A stretch of DNA of 58,685 nucleotides, filler included, from Sphacelaria rigidula (lineage: Eukaryota), in NCBI GenBank assembly GCA_964200075.2. It is 9 parts of 9 records of this genome, joined end to end, with 100 filler letters (N's around TTAATTAATTAA, not from the genome) between each part and the next. Parts side by side here need not be neighbours in the genome. Positions count along the whole stretch, not along the records: positions 6,533 to 12,964 come from CAXNAA020020101.1; positions 13,065 to 19,496 come from CAXNAA020020102.1; positions 19,597 to 26,028 come from CAXNAA020020103.1; 6 more parts are not named here. The stretch is one strand, 5' to 3'. The first letter of the stretch is position 1, and each line of letters opens with the position of its first letter. Under the pieces are notes generated by a model that searched no databases, was not told where the DNA came from, and was given only the letters and a program-made list of their open reading frames with translations. Shown here one piece after another: positions 12,553-23,014 of the stretch. A program made the translations under genes and the position numbers.

Positions 12553-12801
12553 CTCGTCTTCGGAACTGTCTCCTCCACCCGGCCACCGCTGGCGCTGCGC
12601 ACCGTACCCCACTTCTTCCTCCTCGCTGGTATCGTCATCTCCCGCGCGACCCCCCTCTCCCGCCCCGAACCCCGTCCCGTAGGCCGACGACAAATCAAAG
12701 CTGCCTCCCCCGGCCAGGTCCCGGTCTGATTGAAGCTGCTCCGCTGCAGGTCTGCTTCCGAGGGCGCTGGACAGAGGTTGGAGGCTTCCTGAGGGACCCC
12801 A
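12553..12801 (-). CDS. Internal exon (first seen) of the UIM/RGG protein; acidic and Gly-rich
   Basis: ttcag acceptor (alternative AG at 12817-12816) and gag|GTGAAC donor in phase 0. Translates WGPSGSLQPLSSALG...GDDDTSEEEEVGYGAQRQRWPGGGDSSEDE and joins in frame to 9351. Confidence 0.75.
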
Positions 12802-13068
12802 CTGAACTTGGGAATCTTCGATTCGAACGTGTGGGTGGAAGTAGTGGTCGCGAGCACGCGCGCAAGAGAAGAGCGGCGCGCGCGCGGGGGGGGGGGGGGG
12901 GGGGGGTCTTTTTTTTTTTTTTTTTTTTTTGTGTTTTTCCCTTTTGGGGGAGGGGAAAAAAAAANNNNNNNNNNNNNNNNNNNNNNNNNNNNNNNNNNNN
13001 NNNNNNNNTTAATTAATTAANNNNNNNNNNNNNNNNNNNNNNNNNNNNNNNNNNNNNNNNNNNNTTTT

Positions 13069-13410
13069 ATCCACTCCGTAGATAATCCGTGCGTCCTCCG
13101 TGGCATAACTTACGGATCGAACCGCTAAAAAGACACGGATTTCCACGGATGAATTTGTTCTGAATGCTGGATAACTCAGAATTCGAAGTTTAAAAATATC
13201 GTTCTGGATAAGCAATTCGCCGATACGGTTCTGAAAGTCTGCACTCCGTACTCCATCCGTGCGTTCTCCGTAGCATCACTCAGACCAATCCGCTGAAAAA
13301 CCACAAAATCCCACGGATAAATTGTTCCGAATGCCGGGTAAGTTGGAATTCGAAGTTCAAAAATATTGTTCTGGATAAGCACTTCGCTGATACGGTTCTG
13401 AAATTCTGCT
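13069..13410. repeat. Diverged tandem duplication, unit about 170 bp
   Basis: actccgta...atccgtgcgt...gaattcgaagtt(t/c)aaaaatat(c/t)gttctggataagca...gatacggttctgaaa(g/t)tctgc occurs twice in tandem. Confidence 0.85.
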
Positions 13411-13874
13411 GTGAACATGCAAACCGCGCTTTGCACGGACACACGCGCGCGCGCACCCACCCACCCACCCCACACACACACTCTCTCTCTCTCACACACA
13501 CACACACGAGCGTGCGCCTCGAGCTGGAAGGCGTAATTCGAACTTGGCGTCAAGATCTCCCCTTTCAGTTGGAAATTACTGTGCTGCTATTGGCGTCATT
13601 ATTGAGGAATGTATTCCATGCTCTTTGTTTTGTTGTGGTGGATAGCCGTAGTCCTGGGTCTAGCGCTGCTGCTGTTGCCCCTCTGCCACCCCGCCCCCCG
13701 TCACCCTGTCCTGTAGGGTGACATTCAAAATTCAAATATGTACTGTTCATTTTTCTCGATGTATTTTTTTCTTCAAAGGATTCGACCTTACATGTTGTGC
13801 GCTATTGAATCCGCCGTCCCCCCTGTCCAGCAGCTGGAAGTCAAAGCAAAACAACTACTTTCGTTCTTTTTGGT

Positions 13875-14345
13875 ATTAATCCGCGGATATCTGTACATTT
13901 TTCGCGGATAACTGTATCGGTTTCACGGATTACTGCGACGTGCACCGCGGGGAATTGCCGCGGTTTGTGCGGATTGTTCCACGGAGGGGGGCAATCCGCT
14001 CCGTGAAAAAATCCATGCCACGAATATCCGCTCCGCAATAATCCGTGACATTTTCATTGGCGGATATCCGCCCCGTGAAAATCCGTGAGTTTTCCCACTG
14101 ACGGATATCCGCTCCGCTCCGCTCCGCTCCGTACCATATAAAAACAATCCGCACCTCACCGTGACATTTTCGTTGGCGGATGTCCGCTCCGCAATAATCC
14201 GTGACATTTTCAGTGGCGGATATTCGCACCGTCATAATCCGTGATTTTCCACACATACGGATATCCGCTCCGCTCCGCTCCGTGAGGTTTCGAAAAAAAA
14301 ATCCGCTCCGCGGAGCGGATTGTCCTCCGTACACATCCCTGAAAA
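13875..14345. repeat. Cluster of short ATCCGCTCCG / CGGATATCCG / ATCCGTGACATTTTC motifs in both orientations; probable DNA-transposon subterminal region
   Basis: Repeated tccgctccgcaataatccgtgacattttc and cggatatccgctccgctccg units; no credible ORF. Confidence 0.65.
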
Positions 14346-17300
14346 TTTCAGGGTCTAACTCGACAAAACGGCGTGGAGAATAACCCGTCTTTGCGTTGAA
14401 GTACACAAAATATACGCGGAATCCCCCAAATTTCTTGATTATAGTATCCTGCCAACGTCTCTTTTGCGCTCGAGCTTATAAGTATATCACACCTTGAACA
14501 ATATATAGATGATGGTTGCAAAAGGCAATAAATATACTGCGTAAAGTACAGGCCTATTGCAGCTATTTCGGCCGACATTATTAGTCGCAATATTGGTCTT
14601 TTCTTTACGCGGTACATTTTTTCATCTGTTGCAACTATTATCACGGGATTTCACAAATTGGGGATGGATTTTTTGTTGGGGGGTGAGAACCCGGAGAATT
14701 AGAATCTTCGTATCCACACCATATCTTCGAAACATGGTTCCATTTCTTCACTTAATTCGCATTTTAATATCAGAACAACCTGAAGGCTCCTGATTGGCCG
14801 AGAAACATTTTCACTACTATCACCACGGCAAAGGGCGCAAGAAAAACTTGTCATCCCCCTCTGTTCACTTGCTCGTGGGGCTCGCCATAATACCAAGCAT
14901 GTTCCTATCAGGTCAATTTTGCGTTCTGTATCTAGTGGGGATAATTTTTGGGCATTCACCATAAACCAGCCTGTACCAGGCTTAGTTTCACCGAACCCGG
15001 CCTGAATTTGGTTCAGAACTAAATATGTAACGGTTGAATTCGAACCTACAGGAGACATCTCGACGAAGATGTCCGTGGTACTGTTGTATACCTATCGTCA
15101 ATCCTATGCCGAAGCAGCAGACGAGTTTGACAGAGCAGACAGCGTTATTGAATGTACTCACGTAGACACCTTTCTTAGCCAGGCTTCTCACATCACAGAC
15201 TTTGCGACTTTACACTCCGCCCTGGAGTGTTTTGCGGCGGCTAACACGAGCTAGGAAGGCCTCAAACGGCCGCGAGAAAAGTTCTGAGAATTCGTCGTGG
15301 AGCTAGAGGATCGAGTAGAGGGCCCGGACACGTGGAGTTATGGTTGAAGTCATCGACGGCATAAAGCTCGAAGAGGTGGGTATTCATGTTGTCTAAGGTC
15401 GCTCGTCAGTCCTTGCAAGGATAGACCGTTGCTGTTGGCGTTTTTCAAAGGTGACCGGTGCAAATGACGACCTTGGTCACATCTGCAAATAGAAGTTCCG
15501 CAACGGCATCCAAGGCCTTGATTCTATACACATGAACTCAGAACCCTGTTTAGTCATTTACTGGTTGGCAGTATAGATATCTGTGCTGTACTGCATGCTG
15601 TGAAGCCCTTTATGAAGTTATGCGTTTGATGCGCTGTGCAATGCTGCTGCGCTCAAATGTGTTGCAGTTCGATTCCCACTCGATTCCACGACACAAAAGC
15701 GTCATTTCACGTGATGTCACTTCGTGATGTCAGCCAACGTCAATCACCAGTGCCAAGAGAGAAGGAATCAGAATAGTTTCTTTAGTTCAAAAGATAAAGA
15801 TTGGATCATTCAGTAATTACCGTCACACGTCGAACACCGGTGACGCAGTTAATACCGTTACATGTCGAAAGCCGGTGACGCACCCTGTGTACTACAACAA
15901 GGGCGCTCATGTGCGCACCGCTTTGCTACGTACCGTTACAATGAGGGCTGGCTACAATCATGTCGGTGTGCACTTTTTCGTTCGAGATGCTATACTGTAC
16001 ACGATAGATACACGGGAACGCGCACAACGCGTCTCCGTCGTGAGCCTTGAAGGGAGCATGACCGTCTGCAGCACATGTACGGTAGAGCTGTACGACGTAG
16101 TCAGCTGTCCTTGGTATAGCTGTCAGCCTAACTGATGGTGCAAGTAAAAAACCGAATAAGATCACACTGTAAACCCCTACCTCGGGACGAATCGGTGGTC
16201 TCAAGGAGTCAAACCACCTCTCTCCAGTACACCCTTGCGTGTGGTTTCGCGGATTGGATCATGACCAGAACTTCCGGACCGCGTCAACTCCCTCGTGAAA
16301 ACAATCAAGTCAACCAAGATTGGAACAAAACGATCTTCGCTTGTTGCAGTGCTGCCGCAGCCAGACGTCACATCTTCTGTCGTGGGTTCTATATTTGCTT
16401 CAGCACGAGCCAGTTTGGCCGAACGCGGTTCAGACTGCAGCGCGCTCATGCATTGTGACACGTCTCGTCTTGTGTGGTGGGCTGTACATTTGCTTCAATA
16501 TAAGCCAGTTGGGCCCAACGCGTTTCAGACTACAGACAGTATGCTCATGAAGCACGTCGTCGCCAGACGACAGGCGATGTGTGGACTCTGACCGTCTTCG
16601 GGATGTTGACCGCAACGTCGCGTGTGATTTGGAAGTGTATACAGGTGGCGCCGCCACATGACCCTTAGACTGCGAACCCCCTCAGATGGACTCATGGACC
16701 ATCCCACATTTGGGGTGCAGCACAGCTTTCCCCCCCCTTTTTTCGTGAACATTTAGATGTTGAGCATCTATGTAGAAAATAGTACCGGAGAGCCCCTGAC
16801 CGGGTTTAACCTTGCAGCCATTTGCGTGCAAAGTTGGTATGTGTGCTGTATGTCTTTGCTGGATATGATGGTAACAAAACAGCTTGCCATCGCTCTCCAC
16901 TGAACACAGTCTACTGCATATCGCTGACGTTTCCGCTTAGTGTTCCACAACAACACTAAAATGTGAAGCCATGCTGGCAACATTAAAGGGGTCAGGCAGG
17001 CGGCATACTATAGACCATGGGCAGTGCAAGAAGCACATTATTTCTGCCCGTGTTATCCACGCTTGGATTGTTATGAAAACGAGAACTACGGCTAGACAGC
17101 GACGTAGTCTATCTCAAGTCCATATGTAGGGGAACATAATAACCATTTTGATACCCGTGATTGGTTAGAATGGTCGCTATGCTCCTCTCGAGCCTCGTTT
17201 CTGGCTTGCAACTTTCCGGGGGGAACTTCCAAACACACATGGTTGACTTGGTGAGCTGAGCCTAACGCCAAATAAGGGGTTTGTAAGTGGTGGCGCTACC

Positions 17301-17865
17301 TGTATACATCAGCAGTAGAGCAAATCCTGGATCCTTTGGTCGTGGACACGATCGCGTCGGATGTGATACCGGTAGCACGGACAGCCACCAAGCTCGTACT
17401 TGCGGATATGACAGAATACCCGAGTCAGATGAACCTAAGGAAAGACAACCGTAAAGTCATATGCCGGCTGGATGGCACCCAGCGACTCCGCCGCAATCAA
17501 CCAGCCGCAGATATTACGCACTCTGGATAATGACAATAAGTAAACATTGTCATGAAGTGTACTGGGTACAGTATCGACTATTGCGTCTATTGCAATAGAC
17601 AATAGATTCCATACTGTATTCAGTACATTTTCGAACAGTGTAACCTAGACTATTATGTCATTATCCAGCGTGTGAGACATTGCCAGTCCACAAAACGACC
17701 CCCAGGTTTAAAACGGCCGATGTGTATCTTGTATATCAACCACACCAAACATAGATGCCCCCAGTCTACACATGTCACCAACCACGCGGTAAAAAGTGAG
17801 CGTTCAAAACACATGTGTCGTGCAGCAACCGGGTGATTACATATTCGCCGTGTAGAGAGAGCGCT

Positions 17866-18192
17866 GCGTCCCGGTGGTGTAAATTAAAATGGTCCGACTG
17901 TCACCATTAGGGTGGGGGAACCCTGGATTCGATTCTCGATGCGTTGGATTTTTTCTTCGAAATATCTATTTTTCACCGTCATACGCGGGAGTACGTGAGT
18001 AATGAGTTAAGTTGAGTGAGTTTTTTACGCTAACAGTTGACGCGGTGCTGGAGTGCTGGCCCAATCCACGATACCAAACTGCAAGGCGTTTGCCAGGGAA
18101 GGATGGGTTGATCCCTTGAGACAGACCACGGACTCGTCCCGAGGAAGGGTAGGGGTTCAAAGTGCGACGAATCAAACAAATAAAAAATGAAA
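17866..18192 (+). mobile_element. tRNA-derived SINE, second family (head resembles tRNA-Asp)
   Basis: Head gcgtcccggtggtgtaa...ccgactGTCacc...ggattcgattctcg has A- and B-box-like motifs. The 3' tail is shared with 7620-7725 and ends A-rich. Confidence 0.6.
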
Positions 18193-18281
18193 GGAGAGGT
18201 CTGTTCACCGCTCAGCGCTTACTGTCGGCGTTTTGCGTAGTCAAGAGCAGTGGCGCTGGCTCTAACGTGCTTTAGCTGGAA

Positions 18282-18708
18282 GTGTAAGGTGTTGCTCGTC
18301 ACGGGAGTCCGCACACGATACTTGGCACAAATGGATCCCGTGGAAGTCAACGCACGGCTACCGTAGGTGATGACCTATTCCATCACTGCATGAGCAGTCA
18401 TCCCAGCTCGATGTTCTAAATTTCAGATCCTGCGCTGCCAAGATATCAAGTTCGTGGGAAAATCTCGACAACGAAAATTCAAAGTTACACCGTTTTGTTC
18501 GGGTGTAAGGCGTTACTTGCCACGGGAGTCCGCACACGGTACTTGGCACAAATAGATCCCGTGGAAGTCAACGCACGGCTATCGTAGGTGATGACCTATT
18601 CCATCACTGCATGAGTAGTTATCCCAGCTCGATGTTGTCAATATCAGATCCTGCGCTGCCAAGATATCAAGCTCGTGGAAAAATCTCGACAGCGAAAATT
18701 CAAGTTAC
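18282..18708. repeat. Tandem duplication, period 221 bp, high similarity
   Basis: gtgtaagg...cacgggagtccgcacacg...gatcccgtggaagtcaacgcacggcta...aaaatctcgaca...gaaaattcaa starts at 18282 and again at 18503. Confidence 0.92.
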
Positions 18709-19129
18709 AAGGTTTTCTTCGGCAGAGTATGAGATTTATTACACTTGATAGAACTGTCAGGTAACGGTGTGGAGGCCGCACATATCTTACACAACTGTCG
18801 GGTACGGGTAATACATGGGTAAATGATACCCCGGGTATACAAAAAATCGTGCCCTACAAAACACAACGTTACAAAATCACACGTGATGAGCACAACACCT
18901 CCGAGTAGTCTTGGTCTTTTTCTTCGGGCTAATGGTTGGCTTGGTTGATTGTCGAGTAGTATCTTATCCCCCAGGGATCCAGCCGTGGTCACATTCTTAT
19001 TGTTGTTATTTCCGCACATTAGTCCGACCTCTCGAACCCGTGGTCACAGACGTAGGCTCGTCTTTTTCTCACATGATACTGTTTCAAGACAATTCATTCT
19101 GCCGCGTACCGCTGTAAATCCTTCATTAT

Positions 19130-19484
19130 GGCCGGTCGCCCCGGTGGCTCAGTGGGTAACCTCGAAACCCTCTGACGGTTTGGGTCGTGGGTTCGAATAT
19201 CGGAGCGATCTTGGATTTTTTCTCATGCCCAATAGTGGAGAGCGACTATGTCGTGAGTACACAAAATTCGACTTCACGGTCGACGAGGGAAAGCGGCTGC
19301 TGAACCCCTCTCGCGATAATATTGAAAGGCAAGCACCGCAGGAGGAAGGTGGAGTACCAAAACAAAATGGAGAAAGAAAAACTCCTGTGTTGACGTTCCT
19401 CCTGTGTGACCCCGGCTGGTGCGCCCGCATATACCGAAAGGTGTAGACCGGCGTCCAGAATAGATGGGACGACAACACACACAT
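19130..19484 (+). mobile_element. Apparently full-length tRNA-derived SINE with a LINE-like 3' tail ending in (AC)n
   Basis: A-box tggctcagtggg and B-box ggttcgaatatc. The tail aactcctgtgttgacg...catataccgaaaggtgtagac...cagaatagatgggacgacaacacacac is also present at 19695-19835. Confidence 0.82.
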
Positions 19485-19694
19485 CCGGGTATTATTNNNN
19501 NNNNNNNNNNNNNNNNNNNNNNNNNNNNNNNNNNNNNNNNTTAATTAATTAANNNNNNNNNNNNNNNNNNNNNNNNNNNNNNNNNNNNNNNNNNNNAATC
19601 GTTAGGAGCCCCTGAACTAGACATAATTTCGCGAAAAAAGTGCACCCCTACCGTAGCATTGCTCAGGGGTCCAGCCGTGGTCGCATGGTAGACG

Positions 19695-19835
19695 TGAAGG
19701 TGGAGTGCTGAGACACAAAAAGAGAAGAATAAACTCCTGTGTTGGCCTTTCTCCGGTGTGACCTCGGACGATGCGCCCACATATACCGAAATGTGTAGAC
19801 TGACGCCCAGAATAGATGGGGTGACGACACACACA
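19695..19835 (+). mobile_element. Retroelement 3' tail homologous to the tail of SINE 19130-19484
   Basis: gaaggtggagt...aaactcctgtgttggcc...catataccgaaatgtgtagactgacgcccagaatagatggggtgacgacacacac. Confidence 0.78.
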
Positions 19836-21041
19836 GTACTAGTAGCTACTCCCTCGTTCAGTGTAGTCTCGAGTTGGCCGCGAGAATGGATGTGGTACGT
19901 GGACTTGGAATATCTTCAGATCCGATGAACGACATGTAAGGAGTCCAACATGGTATAGACTTGTTTTGTTGTACGTACATGTGAGACCAAGGCATTATCC
20001 CATCAGGTTGGCACTGGGTGTGTTGTTGTTGCTAGGTCTTGCAGCAAGTCCACTGAAACCTCGCTTGGTTATTAGACGGCTGTTCTGCTCCATTTTTCTC
20101 GTTGTTTTCGATTACAGTACTTACTTGTCGCTGTGTTCGTCCGCCATTTCAATGCGCACCAACATCAGTTATGATCGTTTTTACAGCCACCTGTATATTT
20201 GTGTGTTATCCTCCATCAAGCACAGGGCTCTCAGTATGTGTGTATGGGCCCCAAACTCTTGCATGGGACAAGGGTGCACGAAAATAATAGGTATCCCGTA
20301 CACCCATGAACTCTCCCCCCTCCTTTCCCCCCCCGGGGGGGCCGAAATGATTTTGAGATTCACAGTACTGTGTTCTCGATCTTTACTTTCTCATTTTCCT
20401 CGTTGCTTTTCCCTTCTCAATTCGGATGTTCATTGCACCTTATCCCCCAGACAGGTGCTAAACACTCACTTGTTGGAAACACCTACATTATGCATGATCC
20501 TCAGCTCGCTGTTCCTATCAGGTCGGCATGAGTCCTGCTATCAGGTCGGCATGGGTCCTGCAGCACCTGATATCATAGCGTAATGCCCTAAGCGAGCAAT
20601 ATCTCCGTTGCCGTGTCATGGTCGCAAGAGGTTTGCAATGCGTGTGTCGTATTTGCCTTCGATGTCTGTGCGGTACCGAGGCGTTTTCCACTTTGAACCG
20701 TTCTGTGCAACCCGCTGCGATTGCTGTTCGCCCTTGCTATCGTCATTAGAATTATCGCCGTGGGCAGAATCAACAACCGGCTCCACACTCACCGTCACCC
20801 AGAACAGACAGCACCGTATAGACACTACCGTGCACCAACTAAATAACGGCATTTTAAAAAGATTTACGTAGATCGAGAAAGTTAGGGAGCAGAGCAACAT
20901 AAATTGTCTTGAACAAGTAAATCGTCTTTCGTTCCCCCTGGTGCTCGTGGATACTACAGGATTCTGTAGACTATCCGCAGGAACACACAAGAAGAGCACT
21001 TTGTTCAAGAGAACGCGCGCAGTGATCACAACATCACAATC

Positions 21042-21665
21042 ATGAACTTCGGATCGGAAGTAGCCCTGCACGACAGCGACGACGAGGCAGAGGAAGTCTG
21101 CGAAGATGTGGCACCCGCTGGTGGCCTTCTTGGCTCCATAGCCATGTCTTCCGTGCTGGAAGAGGAGGACGACCCAGTTCCCGATCTCTTACCTTCTAAT
21201 GAAAATCGCGAGCTCGGTGGCGGCGGCTTCGTCTTCGGCGGTGGCGGCGGCGACCGCGATCACCCTTCCCCTCGCGCCGCGACCACGATGACCTTCGATA
21301 CCACCACCCCGAACTATACCGCAGCACCGCCACCACTGCCCTCTGTCCCTCCTGCTCCATTCCTCGGCGGGATCGTTGTGGGAAGGGGTGTTACTTCCGC
21401 GCGACAGGCGGCGGGCACCACAAGCGAGGCTATGGCTCAACAACAAACGAAAGCTTTTGAACGTGCTCTTCCTCCTGCCAGGGATGGTGCGGGAGCTTCT
21501 GCACATGCTCTTCCTCGTACCGGCGATGATGGTGGTGGTCGTGGTGGCGGTTCTCTTTATCGTCGTGGTCCTCGTGGTGTTCGTCGTTGTCGTGGTCCCT
21601 TAGGTCATTCAGCCTCGGAACCTTTGCCGTCTGCGACGGCAGCGCCCAGAAGATGGACGCACAAG
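21042..21665 (+). CDS. Probable first coding exon of an unknown protein with an acidic, Gly/Pro/Ala-rich N-terminus
   Basis: ATG in acaatcATG context, 208 GC-rich open codons (MNFGSEVALHDSDDEAEEVCED...RRWTHK) and a strong donor aag|GTACGT at 21666. Confidence 0.75.
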
Positions 21666-21764
21666 GTACGTGTGTATCGTACGATACGCTATACAGACAG
21701 GATGTGTGTAAGTAGGTACGTTGCAAGGTGGGACAAATTAATGATTCGTCTGGAAATAACTTGA

Positions 21765-21978
21765 TTTTGGTGTGATTGATTCGTACCGTATAAATCAATC
21801 CTTCGGCCTTGTTTTCAGCATTGCAAGTCAGGTACGCGCACCCCAGGCACGTGGAATGTCGAAAAAACTGCGTGGAGTGTTTTTTCATCAGCGGTTAACT
21901 TGTTTCTCTCTTTCGAGCAATCAGGCCTCAAAAATGGTGGATTTGGTGATTCGAACCGGCGATGATTCGTCTGAACCG
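21765..21978 (+). repeat. Interspersed repeat; second copy at about 42970-43193
   Basis: gattcgtaccgta..aatcaatcct, gagcaatca.gcctca and gatttggtga...atgattcg are shared by both loci in the same order. Confidence 0.8.
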
Positions 21979-22770
21979 CGATACGTTGTGATTTTTATTT
22001 TTTATTTTGTTGGGTTCGTTTCAGTGGAAAGGTGGAAGCTGCTGGTGCTTTGAATGCAGAGGGCAGTGAAAATAATTATGTGGCTTCGGGTTTTTGCTGC
22101 TGTACTGACTGTACTGACTGTACTGACTGTACAGCTGGAGCCTTGGGAATCAGTTAAGGGTCTGCTCCAGTAGGCGGGGAAAGGCGGCTGCTGAGCGGGA
22201 ACATTTTTCTTTGTTTGAACCGTCAAATGGATGCGTTACGAGTATTCAGAATTTTAGTAAGATGCCGAGGGAGCTACTCCGGCTGCGACCTGTGATCGAG
22301 ACAAAATGTACAGTACTCTAGACGAGAGGACTTTTTTGCCGCAAGAGTACACGCGCGCGCAATGCCGCCCACGGGAATTAGTGAAACTCTCTCAATTATT
22401 ACGCCACAAACGACCTGAAACTATTGTACGAAAGTTTATTATACTCCAGGCTGCCTTTTTGTCTCCAGATCATATGTGCGATACTGACGTCATCGGGACG
22501 AAAAACGCTCACAAATCACTAGAAACCCTATTTACGGGTCGGTTTTAGAATAGTGAACACCAGCAGTGTATCAATCGATAATATGCCCTATTTGACCTCG
22601 GGTACACGTGTGTGTGTCGATCCCCCGACGTGCTATTTGGTGTGTACGGGGGGTTTATACCGGGACCCGACGTAAGCACTTTTGACCTGAAAAGGACTGC
22701 GAAGCCTCTCTCGGGAATCAAAAGCCCTAGTACGCCCCTAAGACACCCGCATAGCTTACTGAACCCTCAG

Positions 22771-22826
22771 GGTCGTTTGTAGAAAGCAGCAAACGTGCGC
22801 AACGGTGGATCCTCGACCCTGCTAAG
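22771..22826 (+). CDS. Candidate small internal exon of the gene starting at 21042
   Basis: tactgaaccctcag acceptor and aag|GTGCGA donor; open in phase 1 (SFVESSKRAQRWILDPAK). It needs an intervening phase 0-to-1 exon, for which 22262-22307 is a candidate. Confidence 0.35.
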
Positions 22827-23014
22827 GTGCGAACGACTTCTGTCACGCTGCTTTTTTGGTGACATCCTCAATGACCTTTTTTGTGGATCAAGTCTGTCAA
22901 CGGGCGATTGCGACACTGCCCTGGGGCTGTGCAGCTGTTGTGCTTCATCTGCAGAATCTTCGGCCAAAGCTCTGTTGTTGTGTTGTGCTATTGTAGATCC
23001 GGCATGTTGGACTC

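Noticed and set aside
12553..13712. Linking the candidate exon near 13.6 kb to the UIM/RGG gene
   Set aside because: The two lie in different fragments separated by an artificial linker, so phase compatibility there is not evidence.
19130..19210. Functional tRNA gene (also 6533-6608, 17866-17945, 34305-34377)
   Set aside because: A and B boxes are present, but I could not fold a complete cloverleaf. The intact copies run on into retroelement tails, so these are SINE heads.
20616..20855. Divergent gene sharing a promoter with the 21042 exon
   Set aside because: Only a short ATG-to-GTGAGT stretch with no recognisable product and no supporting downstream exon in the fragment.
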